DNA of 64,000 nucleotides. It comes from Chiloscyllium plagiosum (Eukaryota). Positions 13,331 through 26,692 of this stretch are shown here, in pieces. The notes under the pieces are model-generated. The model ran no database searches. It was not told the DNA's origin and worked only from the letters and a program-made list of their open reading frames with translations. Both the position numbers and the translations under genes were made by a program. Every line of letters begins with the position of its first letter. Positions within the stretch are counted from its first letter, which is position 1. Location: assembly GCF_004010195.1 (NCBI RefSeq), contig NC_057720.1, forward strand, positions 27,777,473 to 27,841,472. Reading direction: 5' to 3'.

Positions 13331-14697
13331 AGTAAACTTGTGCACTCCTGACCAGTGGTGGGCAAGTTGTTGGAAGGAATCCTGAGGGACAGGATTTACA
13401 CAAATTTGGAAAGGCAGGACTGATTAGGGATAGTCAACATAGCTTTGTGTATGGGAGATCATGTCTCACAAACTTGATTGAGTTTTTTGAAGAAGGAACA
13501 AAGATGATTGAAGAGGGCAAAACAGTGGATATGATCTACATGGACTTCAGCAAGGCATTTGAAAAGGTTCCCCATGGTAGGCTGGTTAGCAAAGTTAGAT
13601 CTCCTGGAATACAGGAAGAACTAGCCATTTGGATACAGAGCTAGCTCAAAGGTAGAAGACAGATTGTGGTGGTGGAGGGTTGCTTTTCAGACTGGGAGGT
13701 CTGTGACCACTGGTGTACCACAAGGATCGGTGCTGGGTCCACTACTTTTTTGTCATTTATAGAAATGATTTGGATATGAACATATTGGGTATAGTTAGTT
13801 AGTTTTCAGATGACATCAAAATTGGAGGTGTAGTGGACAGAAAAGAAGGTTATGTCTGATTTGCAACAAGAGCTTGAGCAGATGAGCCAATGGGCTGAGA
13901 AGTGGCAGATGGAGTTTAATTTACATAAATGTAAGAAGCTGCATTTTGGAAAGGCAAATCAGGTTAGGACTTATACACTTAATGGTAAGGTCCTGAGGAG
14001 TGTTGCTGAAAAAAGAGACCTTGGAGTGCAAGTTCATAGCTCCTTAAAAATGAAGAAGGCATTTGGTATGCTTTCTTTTATTGGTCAGAGCATTGAGTAT
14101 AGGAGTTGGGAGGTCATGTTGCAGCTGTACAGGATATTCGTTAGGCCACTTCTGGAATATTGCATACAATTCTGGTCTCCTTCCTTTCGGAAAGATGTTG
14201 TGAAGCTTGAAAGGATTCAGAAAAGAATTACAAGCAATTTGCCAGGGTTGGAGGATTTGAGCTAAAGGGAGAGGCTGAATAGGCTGGAGCTGTTTTCCCT
14301 GGAGCATCTGAGGCTGAGGGATGACCTTTTGGGGTTTATAAAGTCACAAGAGAAATGGATAGGATAAATAGACACGGGTTTTTTTTTCCCCTGGGCTGGT
14401 GGTCCAGAACTAGAGGGCATAGGTTTAGGGTGAGAGATGAAAAATGTAAAAAGGAACTAAGGAGCAACTTTTTCACAGAGGGTGGTGTGTGTATGGAATG
14501 AGCTGCCAGAGGAAGTGGTGGAGGCTGGTACAATTACAACATTTAAAAGGCATCTGGATGGGATCGAAATGGTTTGGAGAGATATGGGCCAAGTGCTGAA
14601 CAAATGGGACTAGATTAGATTAGGATATCTGGTTGGCATGGACATGTTAGACCAAAGGGTCTGTTTCTGTGCTGTACATCTCTCTGACTCTGACTCT
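13331..14697 (+). mobile_element. CR1 LINE (young family), ~1.4 kb 5'-truncated copy
   Basis: ORF pieces GRSCLTNLIEFFEE...YMDFSKAFEKVPHGRL, WAEKWQMEFN, RPLLEYCIQFWSP; tail ...ctctctgactctgactct. Confidence 0.92.
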
Positions 14698-15896
14698 TGG
14701 ATATTACTCTGACTTCCCTTACTCAATTTAGGCCTATTGGGACTCTTGCTGTCTTGAGTCTGCATATCAGCAGCAACTACAATAGCTTGCCAGCCCAGCT
14801 CCGGATGCAAATGTTAACCATTTGGCTGAGGCTTGGCTTTGGGGGTTTTGCTGTGGATTGACTTCAGAGTCACTCTGTTTGGATCATGTCCTGTGTGAGG
14901 CTATGCAATTGCCTTTGCTCAAGCGACTGCCTCCCTCCCCCAAGTTCAATCAGTCTGGCTAGGGTGTTCACTTACATCCGCACACCCTGTAACTCATGCT
15001 CCACTTGCTGCCTTTTCTAATGACAAAGCCAGTTGTAGTGCCTGTTTGTAGATCAGCTGGGCTTCAGCTACTGATTGCTTTTTGTGGTTACATCATTAAT
15101 CCCACATACCAAATAGTCTCTCAGCATCTCATTAAAGGTTAAAGCAAAGTCACACACCACTGCCAGTCATCTTAACCTCTTCAAAAATTCCATATGGATG
15201 TCCCTGGTTCTTGAACTGCTAAGTAAAAGCAATAGCATCTCCAAATTAGAGGAGTCTTAGGGTCATAGTATTCCTTAACTAAATCCATCAACTCTTGAAA
15301 GTTTTTAGTGCCTCAGGGAAAGTTAGAATTCTCATTACGAATTTAAAGTTGCGAGCCTACAAACTGTCAGAAGAATTACTCATTGCTTTTCATTTACCCC
15401 AATGTCATTTTCCCAGAAAAATAGTATATTCTTTCCTCATACTGGCAGGATCAAACGAGTCAAGCTTTCCAAATTACAGCATGATGCCAGAAATGTTTAC
15501 TCTAACTCAAAGGTGACTGTTAAGAACAAATTTCTTCAGGAGCGTTTTCTCTTGTCACCACTGAATAGGTCCAAAGAGGCCAGTATCCTATCTCCAAGTC
15601 ACCCTATAATTTACATGTGCATTGTATTTCCAGCTACCTCAGAGCCATTTCTCAGATTGAGCAGAACTTCTGGCACTCTGGTTTATATCTGTCAGCCAGG
15701 TCTCCCTGATTGGGGCTGTTAACCTGGTCCAACCAAATAAGAGTTCCCTATGAGGTCCACATGACTGACCTCATTACAGTCACGACAGTGTCCTTGGCTC
15801 CGAAGAACATCCCTGCAGATTCCTTCAGCTAAGCTAATACATTTGCTTTTATAATCACAGTAGCAAGATGCACATAGCAATATCTTACAAAGCACA

Positions 15897-16099
15897 TGAT
15901 TTGGAGATGCTGGTGTTGGACTGGGGTGTACAAAGTTAAAAATCACACAACACCAGGTTATAGTCCAACAGGTTTAATTGGAAGCACACTAGCTTTCGGA
16001 GCGACGCTCTTCACCTGATGAAGGAGCGTCGCTCTGAAGGCTAGTGTGCTTCCAATTAAACCTGTTGGACTATAACCTGGTGTTGTGTGATTTTTAACT
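15897..16099. mobile_element. Penelope-derived fold-back (inverted-repeat) element with hammerhead-like core
   Basis: ~80-nt arms in inverted orientation (aaagttaaaaatcacacaacaccagg... / ...cctggtgttgtgtgatttttaacttt); centre CTGATGAaggagcgtcgctctGAAggctag; flanks ttacaaagcaca/ttacaaaacaca. Confidence 0.75.
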
Positions 16100-16897
16100 T
16101 TACAAAACACAAGTACCCTGAATATCAAGTTAATGGGCCAGATTTTGAGGAGTGGCAATTGCAAGTAAATTATCATACCAGGGTGCTCTCTTTTTTTGGA
16201 ATAAGGGCGGGCTGCCTTTCTAAAAGCAGATTCCACTCATGGATTCCTCAGAAATATGAAACTATACATCTGTTTGGACCATTCTTTCATTGAGCAGACC
16301 ATGTCCTCTTTTCATGGCAGTCAGCTGCAGTGTTCTGAAATGTCAAGGTCCTGACCACCAGGTAACAGCTACTTTCAATCTGGAAGGTATGTTTGATTTT
16401 AAGGTCTAAATTAGAGTGGTGCTGGAAAAGTACAGAAGGTCAGGCAGCATCCGAGGAGCAGGAAAATCGACGACCTTCATCAGGAATTACCCTATGATTT
16501 TAGGGTGTCAGCTGGGAAGGGTGCCAACTGGAGAGATGTTAGCATGCCAGGAGTAGAATGCCAGCTGAGAAATGGTAGGGTGCTTACTGGGGAGCCATGG
16601 TTAAGTGCCAGATTTGGGGACAAGTTGGTAGGGTGCCATTATTGCAAGGTGGCAAGTTAAGTGATGCAGTATTGCGGGTGGTGTCAGGTTGCATCCATTT
16701 AAATCTCCACTGCTGGAGACTTTTGTTTCCAAGCACATTGGAATTGCCCAGTGGAAAATTGTATTTCCTGGGCAATTCCTTCAGAGTGTGCTATAATTGG
16801 GATTCTGCAGGGGTCCCTATGCAAAAATCCTATTTACACTAGCATAACTATGGTCTGATCAATGGATACTCCAGACCAGTTTGGTTTTTGGTGGTTA

Positions 16898-17075
16898 GCC
16901 ATAGAGTCCTACAGCATGGAGACAGGCCCTTTGGCCCAAACTGGTCCATGCTGAGTAAAATGTCCATCCATGCTAACCCCTGCACTTGCCCTACATCCTT
17001 CTAATCCTTTCCTATCCGTGTATTTGTCCAAATGCCTTTTAAATGTTAATGTACCCATTTCAACAACTGCCACTG
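16898..17075 (-). mobile_element. CR1 3' end
   Basis: catagagtcctacagcatggagacaggcccttt... resembles the CR1 tail family. Confidence 0.7.
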
Positions 17076-17416
17076 GTTATGGCTGAAAGAATGTTGATCA
17101 TGGCAGCAAGAGAAATTCCTAATTTTGAATAATGTCAAGTAATTACTTGCAATGTGACCTAATTCACATTTTCATTCTTTTTTGTGTTTTGCTTTGTTTC
17201 CTTTTCCTTTTCTGTGGTTTTCCTGTATGTTCTTTATCTGGTGAGAGGCTGTTAGATGCACACCAACAATCTCCCACCAGTTCTGTTTTTCTTTTTTACT
17301 TAAATATCCCAGCTGATGTTACTACCAGACAAGTCTGATCTCAGACTGAAATCTGGCTTGGTAGCAACATTTCCTCTGAGCTGAAGTGAAACTAAGTTCT
17401 GAGGATGGGTCAGTGG

Positions 17417-18093
17417 ATCTTTATGCACTACATCATTTCTGTTATTCACTCATTAAAAACTCTCCCAATGTAAACGAAATGTTTTCTCTCCAGATGTTGT
17501 CAGACCTGCTGAGTTTCTTCAGCAATTTCTGCTTTTTGCTTGTTTCATCTAAGCTGGGCGGCTGTAGAAGTCACTACCTTTCACACTTTTTTTTAAGATT
17601 AGATTCCCTACAGTGTGGAAACAGGTCCTTTGGCCCAACAAGTCCATACCGACCCTTCGAAGAGCAACCCATCCCCCTCTGATTAAAGCACCTAACACTA
17701 TGGACAATTTAGCATGGCCAATTTATCTGACCTGCACATCTTTGGACTGTGGGAGGAAACCGGAGCACCCAGAGGAAACCCATGCAGACACTGGGAGAAT
17801 ATGCAAACCCCACACAGACAGTCGCCTGAGGCTGGAATAGATCCTGGGACCTTGGTGCTGTGAGGCAGCAGTCTACTTGCTGCCCACTTCTCAGAGGTAT
17901 GAGAAAATTAGAGGGAAAATTGCTTGGTAGATTTTTCCTTGGTTTTTAAGAAATGGCCTCATCTTGAAACACAAGCCCAAAGGGAATGGATGTTTCCGCA
18001 AGCCAATGAGCACTATTTCAGATCCATTAAACAAAATCTTTATGCACTACATCATTTCTGTTATTCACTCATTAAAAACTCTCCCAATGTAAA
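17417..18093 (+). repeat. Exact 58-nt dispersed direct repeat (17417-17474 and 18036-18093)
   Basis: atctttatgcactacatcatttctgttattcactcattaaaaactctcccaatgtaaa is present twice. Confidence 0.95.
17597..17887 (-). mobile_element. HE1/V-SINE
   Basis: V-domain (ggaggaaaccggagcacccagaggaaacccatgcagac...gcaaac.ccacacagac) plus tRNA-like head and CR1-like tail. Confidence 0.9.
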
Positions 18094-19114
18094 TAAAATC
18101 CTATGGATTTTCAAGAATGATATTTCTTGCACTGTTTTAACAAACCACGGCTTCAGAAAACCTTACACATTAATCAATCAACCCTTCATGGAGACAGTCC
18201 AAACCCCCACATGCCACTCGTTCAACATCAAAACATGCTGGGAACAATCAGCCTGGAAAATGAGTGATCTGTTTGAAAGTGTTAACTTTTATTTCCCATA
18301 TTCTGTGCTGTCTTCAGCTTTCTATTTCTTCTTGATGCACAGCTTAAGTCGATTGTGCTGCCAAGTCTTATCTTCAGCCATGATCTAAGAATGACTGCCC
18401 CAAACTGTTCTTACCATCTACTCCGATGGGATCTGTTGCTGAATAAATGTTATTTCTGTGCAGCACTTAATGATCCACAACTAACTATTTTGTGGCAAAC
18501 AATTAAGTGTTCTAAAAACAGAACTGGCCACAAAAATGAACAATTTACTGATGCCTGAAAATCAGCCCCACATTATTAGTAGTGAACTTAAAACAGTAGA
18601 AAAAAGCTTTATTTAGTACTTTTGGTTGCTGAATTTCCACAGGAAACCAAATGATTCCCAGTAGTGCAGAATAGCAGAGATCTTTCAGATAATGTTGTGA
18701 CAACCCCTCTTCTTTAACATAGTATGATGATTTATTTGTTCAGAAGTTTGGGAAGAGTGTTCTCCAATTGACTAATGGATAATGTTCTGCACAGTTTGGT
18801 ACTTAGCATGGAAGGTTGCAAGTTTAATTTCTGGCCTCTTGATTTCGAAGGGTCCGTGTTCAAGTTTTATAATTGATCTCAGTCTTCACGGGGTGGAAGA
18901 ATTGATATCGACGAGGGTTTCCAATTCCAATTACTGTTTCATGCCTTAGACTTAAAAAGAAATGAAGGCATGGTACTGTAGTTACCAGTTACTGTTTGGG
19001 CTCATTACACAGAATGGACATTTGCTTTGAGTTCTGATGTACTATTGCTGCCTCTAAGAACCACACCGTAGTAACTGTGTACTGAGAAGTCATAGAGGGG
19101 GCATGAAGAATCGA

Positions 19115-19215
19115 TTGAAAAGTGTGGTGCTGGAAAAGCACCAGCAGGTCAGGCAGCATCCAAGGAGCAGGAAAATCGATGTTTCATGTACAAGTGATTC
19201 CCGTCATCAGGAATC
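19115..19215 (-). mobile_element. Penelope-derived short element, degenerate hammerhead core
   Basis: gtgtggtgctggaaaagca..cagcaggtcaggcagcatccaaggagcaggaaaatcgatgtttc...tcatcaggaat (minus strand CTGATGA...GAAAC). Confidence 0.65.
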
Positions 19216-19219
19216 ACTT

Positions 19220-19788
19220 AGAGTCATAGAGATGTACAGCATGGAAACAGATCCTTTGGTCCAACCTGTCCATGCCGACCAGATATCCAAACCCAATCTA
19301 GTCCCACCTGCCATCACCTGGCCCATATCCCTCCAAACCCTTCCTATTCATATACCCATCAAAATGCTTCTTAAATGTTGCAATTGTACCAGCCTCCATC
19401 ACATCCTCTGGCAGCTCATTCCATACACGTACTACCCTCTGCGTGAAAAGGTTGCCCCTTAGGTCTCTTTTATATCTTTCCCCTCTCACACTAAACCTAT
19501 GCTGTCTAGTTCTGGACTTCCTGACCCCAGGGAAAAGACCTTGTCTATTTACCCTATCCATGCCCCTCATAATTTTGTAAACCTCTATAAAGTCACCCCT
19601 CAGCCTCCGGTGCTCCAGAGAAAACAACCCCAGCCTATTCAGCCTCTCCCTATAGCTCAAATCCTCCAACCCTGGCAACATTCTTGTAAATCTTTTCTGA
19701 ATCCTTTCAAGTTTCACAACAGCTTTCCGATAGGAAGGAGACCAGAATTGCACGCAATATTCCAACAGTGGCCTAACCAATGTCATGT
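19220..19788 (-). mobile_element. CR1 LINE 3' part (young family)
   Basis: Open 174-aa minus frame with RPLLEYCVQFWSP...LFSLEHRRLRGDFIEVYKIM...WNELP. Confidence 0.92.
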
Positions 19789-20624
19789 ACTGTGCATGAA
19801 GAATAGATACCAATGTTAACATTTGGACAATAATGTAGCAATAATGTGTGAGGATTTAAATTGAGTAGTTGTTTCTAACTGTTTCTTTGGATTGAGCGAG
19901 TGAGAGATTGGTAACTCGACTGCTGACTAGCAGAAGACTAGTTGACTAAAAGAGGGGAAGTTTGTGCTGTGAGAAAGAGAAGCTTTTGAGGAACTGAACA
20001 CTCTGCATCAAATTTACGTAGCTACTTAAAATGGTGGAACTTGGTGCTCCAATTCTACCATTTTGTGTTCCTGTTTGAAAAGGGGCAGTAACAAGAAGTC
20101 AGTCCAAACAGTGGTTCAAACGCAACTAGACACTTTTAAGCATAGGAGTAATTCTCACCTGGAAAAGTGCAGTGTATATGGAGCAATGTCGATGCTGATT
20201 TTCAAGGCAAATTGTGTTAGATCGGCTTGATTTGAGTTTTTTTTAAATAACAGTGAGAGATGGGGATAAGAGTTAAATGAAATATTGCATTTGATGTTTC
20301 TATTTGGACTTTTGTAATTACCACAAAATAAATTTATTCATGAAGCTGTAATGGAATAAAACAATGGTGTTAACCTGCATATCTAATCAGCTAAGGGGGA
20401 GAATAATGAACATATGTTCTTATAATGAGACAGAAATAATCAATGGAGGTCCAGAGGAAATGCATAAGGACTATTGCTTTTACTATATACAAAAGACCTG
20501 ACCTAGGTACAGAGAGTACAATTTCAAAGTGAAGAGTGGTAGAAGGGTAGAAAATAGTGTACAGAAAGCCCTACCCCTGCTCCTAAGTCCACTCTACCAT
20601 TGAACATGATCATTAGCTGATCTT

Positions 20625-21390
20625 AGAACATAGAACATAGAAAAATACAGCGCAGTACAGGCCCTTTGGCCCTACACTAGCCCACTATCCTCCATATGCC
20701 TATCCAATGCCCGTTTAAATGCCCATAAAGAGGGAGAGTCCACCACTGCTACTGGCAGAGCATTCCATGAACTCACGACTCGCTGAGTAAAGAATCTACC
20801 CCTAACATCTGTCCTATACCTACCACCCCTTAATTTAAAGCTATGCTACTGGCAGGGCATTCCATGAACTCACGACTCGCTGAGTAAAGAATCTACCCCT
20901 AACATCTGTCCTATACCTACCACCCCTTAATTTAAAGCTATGCCCCCTCATAATAGCTGACTCCATACGTGGAAAAAGATTCTCACTGTCGACCCTATCT
21001 AAACCCCTAATCATCTTGTACACCTCTATCAAGTCACCCCTAAACCTTCTTTACACCATTGAAAACAACCCCAAGTGCCTCAGCCCTGCCTCATACGATC
21101 TCTCTACCATACCAGGCAACATCCTGGTAAACCACCTCTGCACCCGTTCCAGTGCCTCCACATCCTTCCTATAGTATGGCGACCAAAACTGCACACAATA
21201 CTCCAGATGCGGCCGCACCAGAGTCTTATACAACTGCAACTTGACCTCAGGGCTCCAGAACTCAATTCCTCTACCAATAAAAGCCTGGGTGGCAACTTTC
21301 AGAGATCTGTGAACATGGACACCAAGATCCCTCTGCTCATCCACACTACCAAGTATCCGACCATTAGCCCAGTACCCCATCTTTTTGTTA
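20625..21390 (-). mobile_element. CR1 LINE, second subfamily with (ttctatg)n tail and an internal 97-nt tandem duplication
   Basis: RPHLEYCVQFWSP, IEVYKMIRG and RVVSSWNALP motifs; tail agaacatagaacatagaa. Confidence 0.9.
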
Positions 21391-21399
21391 CTCTCGCAC

Positions 21400-23290
21400 A
21401 ACTTCTCATTCCTGCCTTTGTCCATCCCTCTTGATGCTTTTTATTTCTTAAAAATATTCTTAAAAAGTAACTTGGCCTCCATAGTCTTCTGTGTTATGTG
21501 AATTCCACAGGTTTACCATCCCCTACGTGAAAAAGATTCTCCCCATTCCAGTCCAAATAGCCTACTTCATCCTGGATCTCCTGCCCAGAGGAGGCATTTT
21601 CTCTGTATACATTACACAGCTACATTAGCATTTTATATATTTCAATGTGATCATCTCTTATTCTTCTAAACTCCAGTGAGTGCAAGCCTGGTCAAAACCA
21701 TTGTTCCTCATGCAACAAACCTGCTATCCCAGGAATCAATCTGATCAATTTTTGTTGCACTCCATCCATGACAATGATATCTATTGTTTGGGGGAGGGTG
21801 ACTCGTGTGGTGCAGTGGTAGTGTCCCTATCTCTAAGCCAGTAGCCCTGAGTTCATTTCACCTGCTCATGACTCAACAGATTTATTAAAATATCCATGCT
21901 TTACAAGGTAAGGAGACTAAAACTGCAAATTATATTACAAATGTAGCCTCATCAAGGCTCCGTACAGCTGTTGTAAAGCATCCTTGTTCCTGTACTCAAG
22001 CCCTTTTGCATTGAAGACTAACATAACCATTTGCTTCCTAACTGCTTCTGCAACTGCATTTTACTTTTCACTGACTGGTGTACAGTACCAACCATTTGTA
22101 CATTAACATTTCCCAATTTATCAATAATTAAATAGTACTCTACTATTTTCCAACCAATGTGGACAATTTTCATCCTTTCACAGAAGACCTGCATGGATTT
22201 GTCTGGTCACTCAAATTTGTCTAAATGATTGTGAAGCCTATCCACCTAATCTTCGCCACTTACAATTCCACCCAGTTTTTTTGTTGTCAACAAATTTAGG
22301 AATATCACATTTGATTCCCTCATCCAAATTGTTAATGTGTATTGCGAATAAATGGGGCCCAAGCCCAATGCTTTTCACTCCAAAAATAGTTATTTATTTC
22401 CACCCTCAGTTTCCTGTTTGTGAAGCAATTTTCAATTCTTCCGCATAAATTACCCCTAATCCCGTATGCCATGATTTTGCACAATAATCTTTGATGTGGG
22501 ACTTCTTCAAAGACTTTCTGAAAGTCCAAATATAGAATCATGGAATTGTTACAGTGCAGAAGGAAGCCATTTGGTCCAGTATGGGTGCACTGGTTCTATT
22601 ATTTTGTGCTTTTCTCCTGCCTTTTTTCGATGTCTTTATATACCATTTTCTATCCAAATAACCACCTAATTTCCTCTTCAATGCATTAGTTGAACTTGAC
22701 TCCGTCACAATTCCAGGCAGTGCATTCCATAACCTAACTACTCCTTATGTGAAAATGTTTGTTCTCACATCATCATTCCTTTGCACATCACTGTAAATCT
22801 AAACCCTCTTATTCTTTATTTTCTATCACAATTGGGAACAGTTTCTCCCTATCTGCTATTTCGAGTCTGCTCATGACATCAGATCTCTCCTCAACCTCCA
22901 TATTTCCTTCCACATAGTTCACAATTCTTTAAGATTAGTGTCATCTGCAAACTTTGAAATTGTCCCCTGCACACCAATATTCTAATTATTAGTATAAATC
23001 AGGAAAAACAAGGGTCCCAATTCAAACCCCTGGGGAACTCGACTACAAACCTTCCTACAACCGGAAAAATATACATTGCCCATTATTCTCTATCACTCAG
23101 CCAATTTTGTATCTATATTACTATTGCCCCTTTTATGCCATAATCTATAACTATTCTCACAGGCCTATTGTGTGGCAATGTATCAAATGTTTCTGGAAAT
23201 CCATGCATACCATAACAGTGCTTCCCTTATTGACCCTTTCCATTACATTTTCAATAAACTCCAGCAAGTCAGTCAAACATGTTTTTACCA
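21400..23290 (-). mobile_element. Cluster of old CR1 fragments
   Basis: YLDFQKVFEEVPHQRLL (22332-22541) and CLTDLLEFIENV...MDFQK (23157-23290) RT motifs. Confidence 0.75.
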
Positions 23291-23499
23291 CCCCATCAGT
23301 GTACCCACAATCATCAGTAAAGTGACAGCAGATATCATCAACATTGCTATCAGTGGTTCCTATAGTTTTTTCTGTTTCCATAGGCTTCCAGGATCTGTGT
23401 GTGGCAGTGACTTCCAAAATAGTAAGTCAAAGCCATGATTGGTGTGCTGGAGCAGCTGCACATGTGTAGCCATGCAGCTTGGGGCAATGTTGCAGTCAA

Positions 23500-24865
23500 G
23501 CAACAAGGTCAGTTTGGATTCTGCCAGAGCCCCTCAACCCCTGACCTCATTATAGCCTTGGTTCAAACATGGACAAAAAACCTGAACTCCACAGGTGAGG
23601 TAACACTGGCTTTCCATGTCATCAAGGGAGCATTTGACTGCGTGTGGCATCAAGTAGAGTTAGCAAAACCCGATCACTGGGAATCAGAGAGAAAATTCTC
23701 TTGTTTGGAACCATTTCTAGCACAAAGGAAGATGTTTGTGGTTGATGGAGGTGAGTCACCTCAGCTGCAGGAAATCACTGCAGGAGTTCCTCAGAGTAGT
23801 GTTCAAGGACCAAACTCATTTCATCAATGACCTTCCCTCATCTTAAAGTTAGAAGTGGGGATGATTGCTGATAATTCAACAATGCTCAGTAATGTCCATT
23901 ACTCCTCAGATACTGAAGCTGTTCATGTTTAAATGTAATGAGACCTGGACAATACATAGGCTTGGGCTGACGAATGGCAATTAACACTTGTGTCAGACAT
24001 GTGCCAGTCAATGAGTAGATTATGACAAAAAAGATACTGTTTGGTAGCTCTGTGTATGATACTTTCCATCATTTACTGTTGTTTGAGAGTAGACAGTTGG
24101 GGTAGTATTTGGCTGAACTGGATTTGTTTTGCTAAATATAAATTGTAAATATGTATTTTCACATGTACCATTCATGCCAAAAAAGGCCAAGTCCAACAAT
24201 AGAGAATCTAACCATCATCTCTTGGCATTCAACAGTATTACCATTACCCAATCCCCTATTATGAACGTCTTGGGTGTTACCATTGACCAGAAACTGAAAT
24301 AAAATAGCCATATAAATACTATGGCTAGAAAAGCAGGTAAGGAATAACTCACTTCCTAACTTTGAAAGCCTCTTCAACAAGACACAGGAGTGTGGTGAGA
24401 TACTTTCCACTTGTCTGGATGAGTGCAGCTTCAACAGATTCAAGGAGCCTGACATAATTCAGAACAAACCAACATTTTGTTTGGTACTTTATCCACAAGC
24501 ATTCATTCCCTCCATCTTGGCATTCAATTGCAATAGCATATACCATCTATAAGATGCACGGCAGAAATTCAGCAAAGCTCCTTAGAGAGAATCTTAGAAA
24601 CCATTGACCACAATCATATGGACGACCAAGAGCACAGGCATGTGGGAACACCACCACTTTCAAGTGACTTATCATTCTGATTTGGAAATATACCACCGTT
24701 CCTTAAATTTCCATGGGCCAAAACCCTGGAACTTGCTTGTTTAACAGCCTTGTCAGGGTAACTACACCAACGGCTGCAGCAGTTCAAGAAGACACCACCA
24801 ACTTTCTCAGGAGCAAGTAAGCATTGACAATAGATGCTGTCTGAGCCAGTGACACCACATCCCAA
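23500..24865 (+). mobile_element. Old non-LTR retrotransposon (CR1/L2-type RT), RT to 3' end
   Basis: QFGFCQSPSTPDLIIALVQTW...IKGAFDCVWH...AGVPQSSVQGP; the tail ends ...cagtgacaccacatccca. Confidence 0.8.
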
Positions 24866-24949
24866 CATCTATAGTCTATTTCCAGTCTACTATTTATAGT
24901 GCCAGAATGCTGAGATCTATTTGTATAGCACAGGTCAGTATGAAGGAGG

Positions 24950-25165
24950 ATAAAGTGAGGACTACAGATGCTGGATGTTAGAATCGAAGAGTGTGGTGCT
25001 GGAAAAGCATAGCAGGTCAGGCAGCATCTGAGGAGCAGGAGAGTTGATGTTTTGGGCATAAGGTCTTCATCAGGGCTTGATGAAGTGCTTCTGCCTGAAA
25101 CGTCAATTATCCTGCTCCTTGGATGCTGCCTGACTGGCAGTGCTTTTCCAGCACCACACTCTTCG
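24950..25165. mobile_element. Penelope-derived fold-back element
   Basis: Inverted arms gtgtggtgctggaaaagca... / ...tgcttttccagcaccacac; centre tcatcagggcttgatgaagtgcttctgcctgaaacgtc. Confidence 0.75.
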
Positions 25166-26617
25166 AGGTCATTATGAAACCTGGAATATTTCTCATTTTA
25201 CAGCTCTGCCTCAATCTACACAGTATTGGGAGTTCCCTGATTATTTTATATTTTACTTCCAGGTGGATGTAGTTTGTGTTCTTTGCATTAAAGGGAGTTC
25301 ACTTTTTTTAGAATTTCATGGGCTGTTTGTGATCAAATAGAAACTCTGACTGCCTGTTAGTTTGCTATGGGTGTCCAAGTTACACATACTTAAAGCAGTT
25401 GTTTGCTGTAATGGCTGCTTATATCTTATAATGTGTATTACTGTTTTAAATAAACCAACCTACAGAGTTAATCAATTGTTGATGAGTGATTTGATTATTA
25501 GGCCGTTATCATTGAAATGACAGTTGAAATCTGGGAAGAGATTTCCACTGTTAATATTAAAACTGAGCAGCAATAACTCAGTCGTGATCTAGAGAAGCCA
25601 GTTGAAAGTCTAAGGCTACTTCAATGATCCAGTTAATCCAGGCAAGAGGTCATTCCAGAGATTGAAAATGAATTTGTTTCCTAAAATTAATATTTAGTGA
25701 AGTAAGTAAAATAAATTCAAATTCAGTGAGGGTTTACCATTAGTGGGAGTTAAGGCTAACATCTTTTAGGTTAAACTTGGAGTGTGGTTATGTGTAATGT
25801 GTGTGGGTTGCAGTAGGGGGACCAGCTTGGATCCTTAATGTAAATATGCTGTCACTGAATACACTAAGTATCAGACATGTGAATTGCAGGAACTGAAGGT
25901 TTTTCTGCTTGAGCAGCAACTGTGACACTACAGCTCAGAAAGGATGAGGAATTTCTGACTTAGAGTGTCCAGGGAATTGCTACAAAATACTGGAAGTTAA
26001 CTTTAAACAAAATCTTGAGGATAATAATGTCTAGATTGATTATTCTATCACATACTAAACAAATTCAGGAATTGAAAATTAAGAAGACAAACATGCAGTT
26101 TCGGGACTGTGAGGGAGGAAGGAGTTTACATTCTTAATCATTCTTGTATTAAAGAAATATCTAGAATGGTTTCAAGTAATATAACTGGAGAAGGCTGATA
26201 AGGAAAATCAACACTTGAGACTTGAGGAGAGGCTATGTAACTGATGGAGTGATGGACTTTATAGATGTGGAAGCTACAGCGAAGCATTTGTTCACTTTGA
26301 TTAGAATGAAAACATTTTTCATTTCAATCAAAACTTTTGTTACCTTCATTCCATAAAATCTAAATGTTTTGAACACTGGAAATCTGAAATAAATACAAAA
26401 TGCTGGAAAAATGCAACAGGTCTGGCAGCATTTGCAGAGGGGAAAACCAAATCAATATTTCAAGTTCAATTGACTTTTCTTTGGAAGAAACAGACCAAAA
26501 GAATGTTTTTGACCTCTGGTACAGAAGAGTTCTTAGGACATTGGAATCAAAATTGAACAATTGAAAGCATTAATAATTTTATAAGAACATGACTATATAC
26601 TTGCAACTGTAACATAG

Positions 26618-26692
26618 TCCCAAGGCTGGAATTGAACCCAGGACCCTGGCACTGTGAGGCAACAGTGCTAACCACTGAGCCACCATGCTGCT
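26618..26692 (-). mobile_element. HE1/V-SINE tRNA-like head fragment
   Basis: Reverse complement gcagcatggtggctcagtggttagcactgttgcctcacag...ggttcaattcc carries pol III A and B boxes. Confidence 0.8.

Noticed and set aside
17924..18388. 154-aa ORF as a gene
   Set aside because: Non-ATG start, no recognisable motifs or splice context, and AT-rich random-like composition.
26618..26692. tRNA gene
   Set aside because: A/B boxes are present, but it is the head of the V-SINE family seen elsewhere in the window, with no complete cloverleaf.
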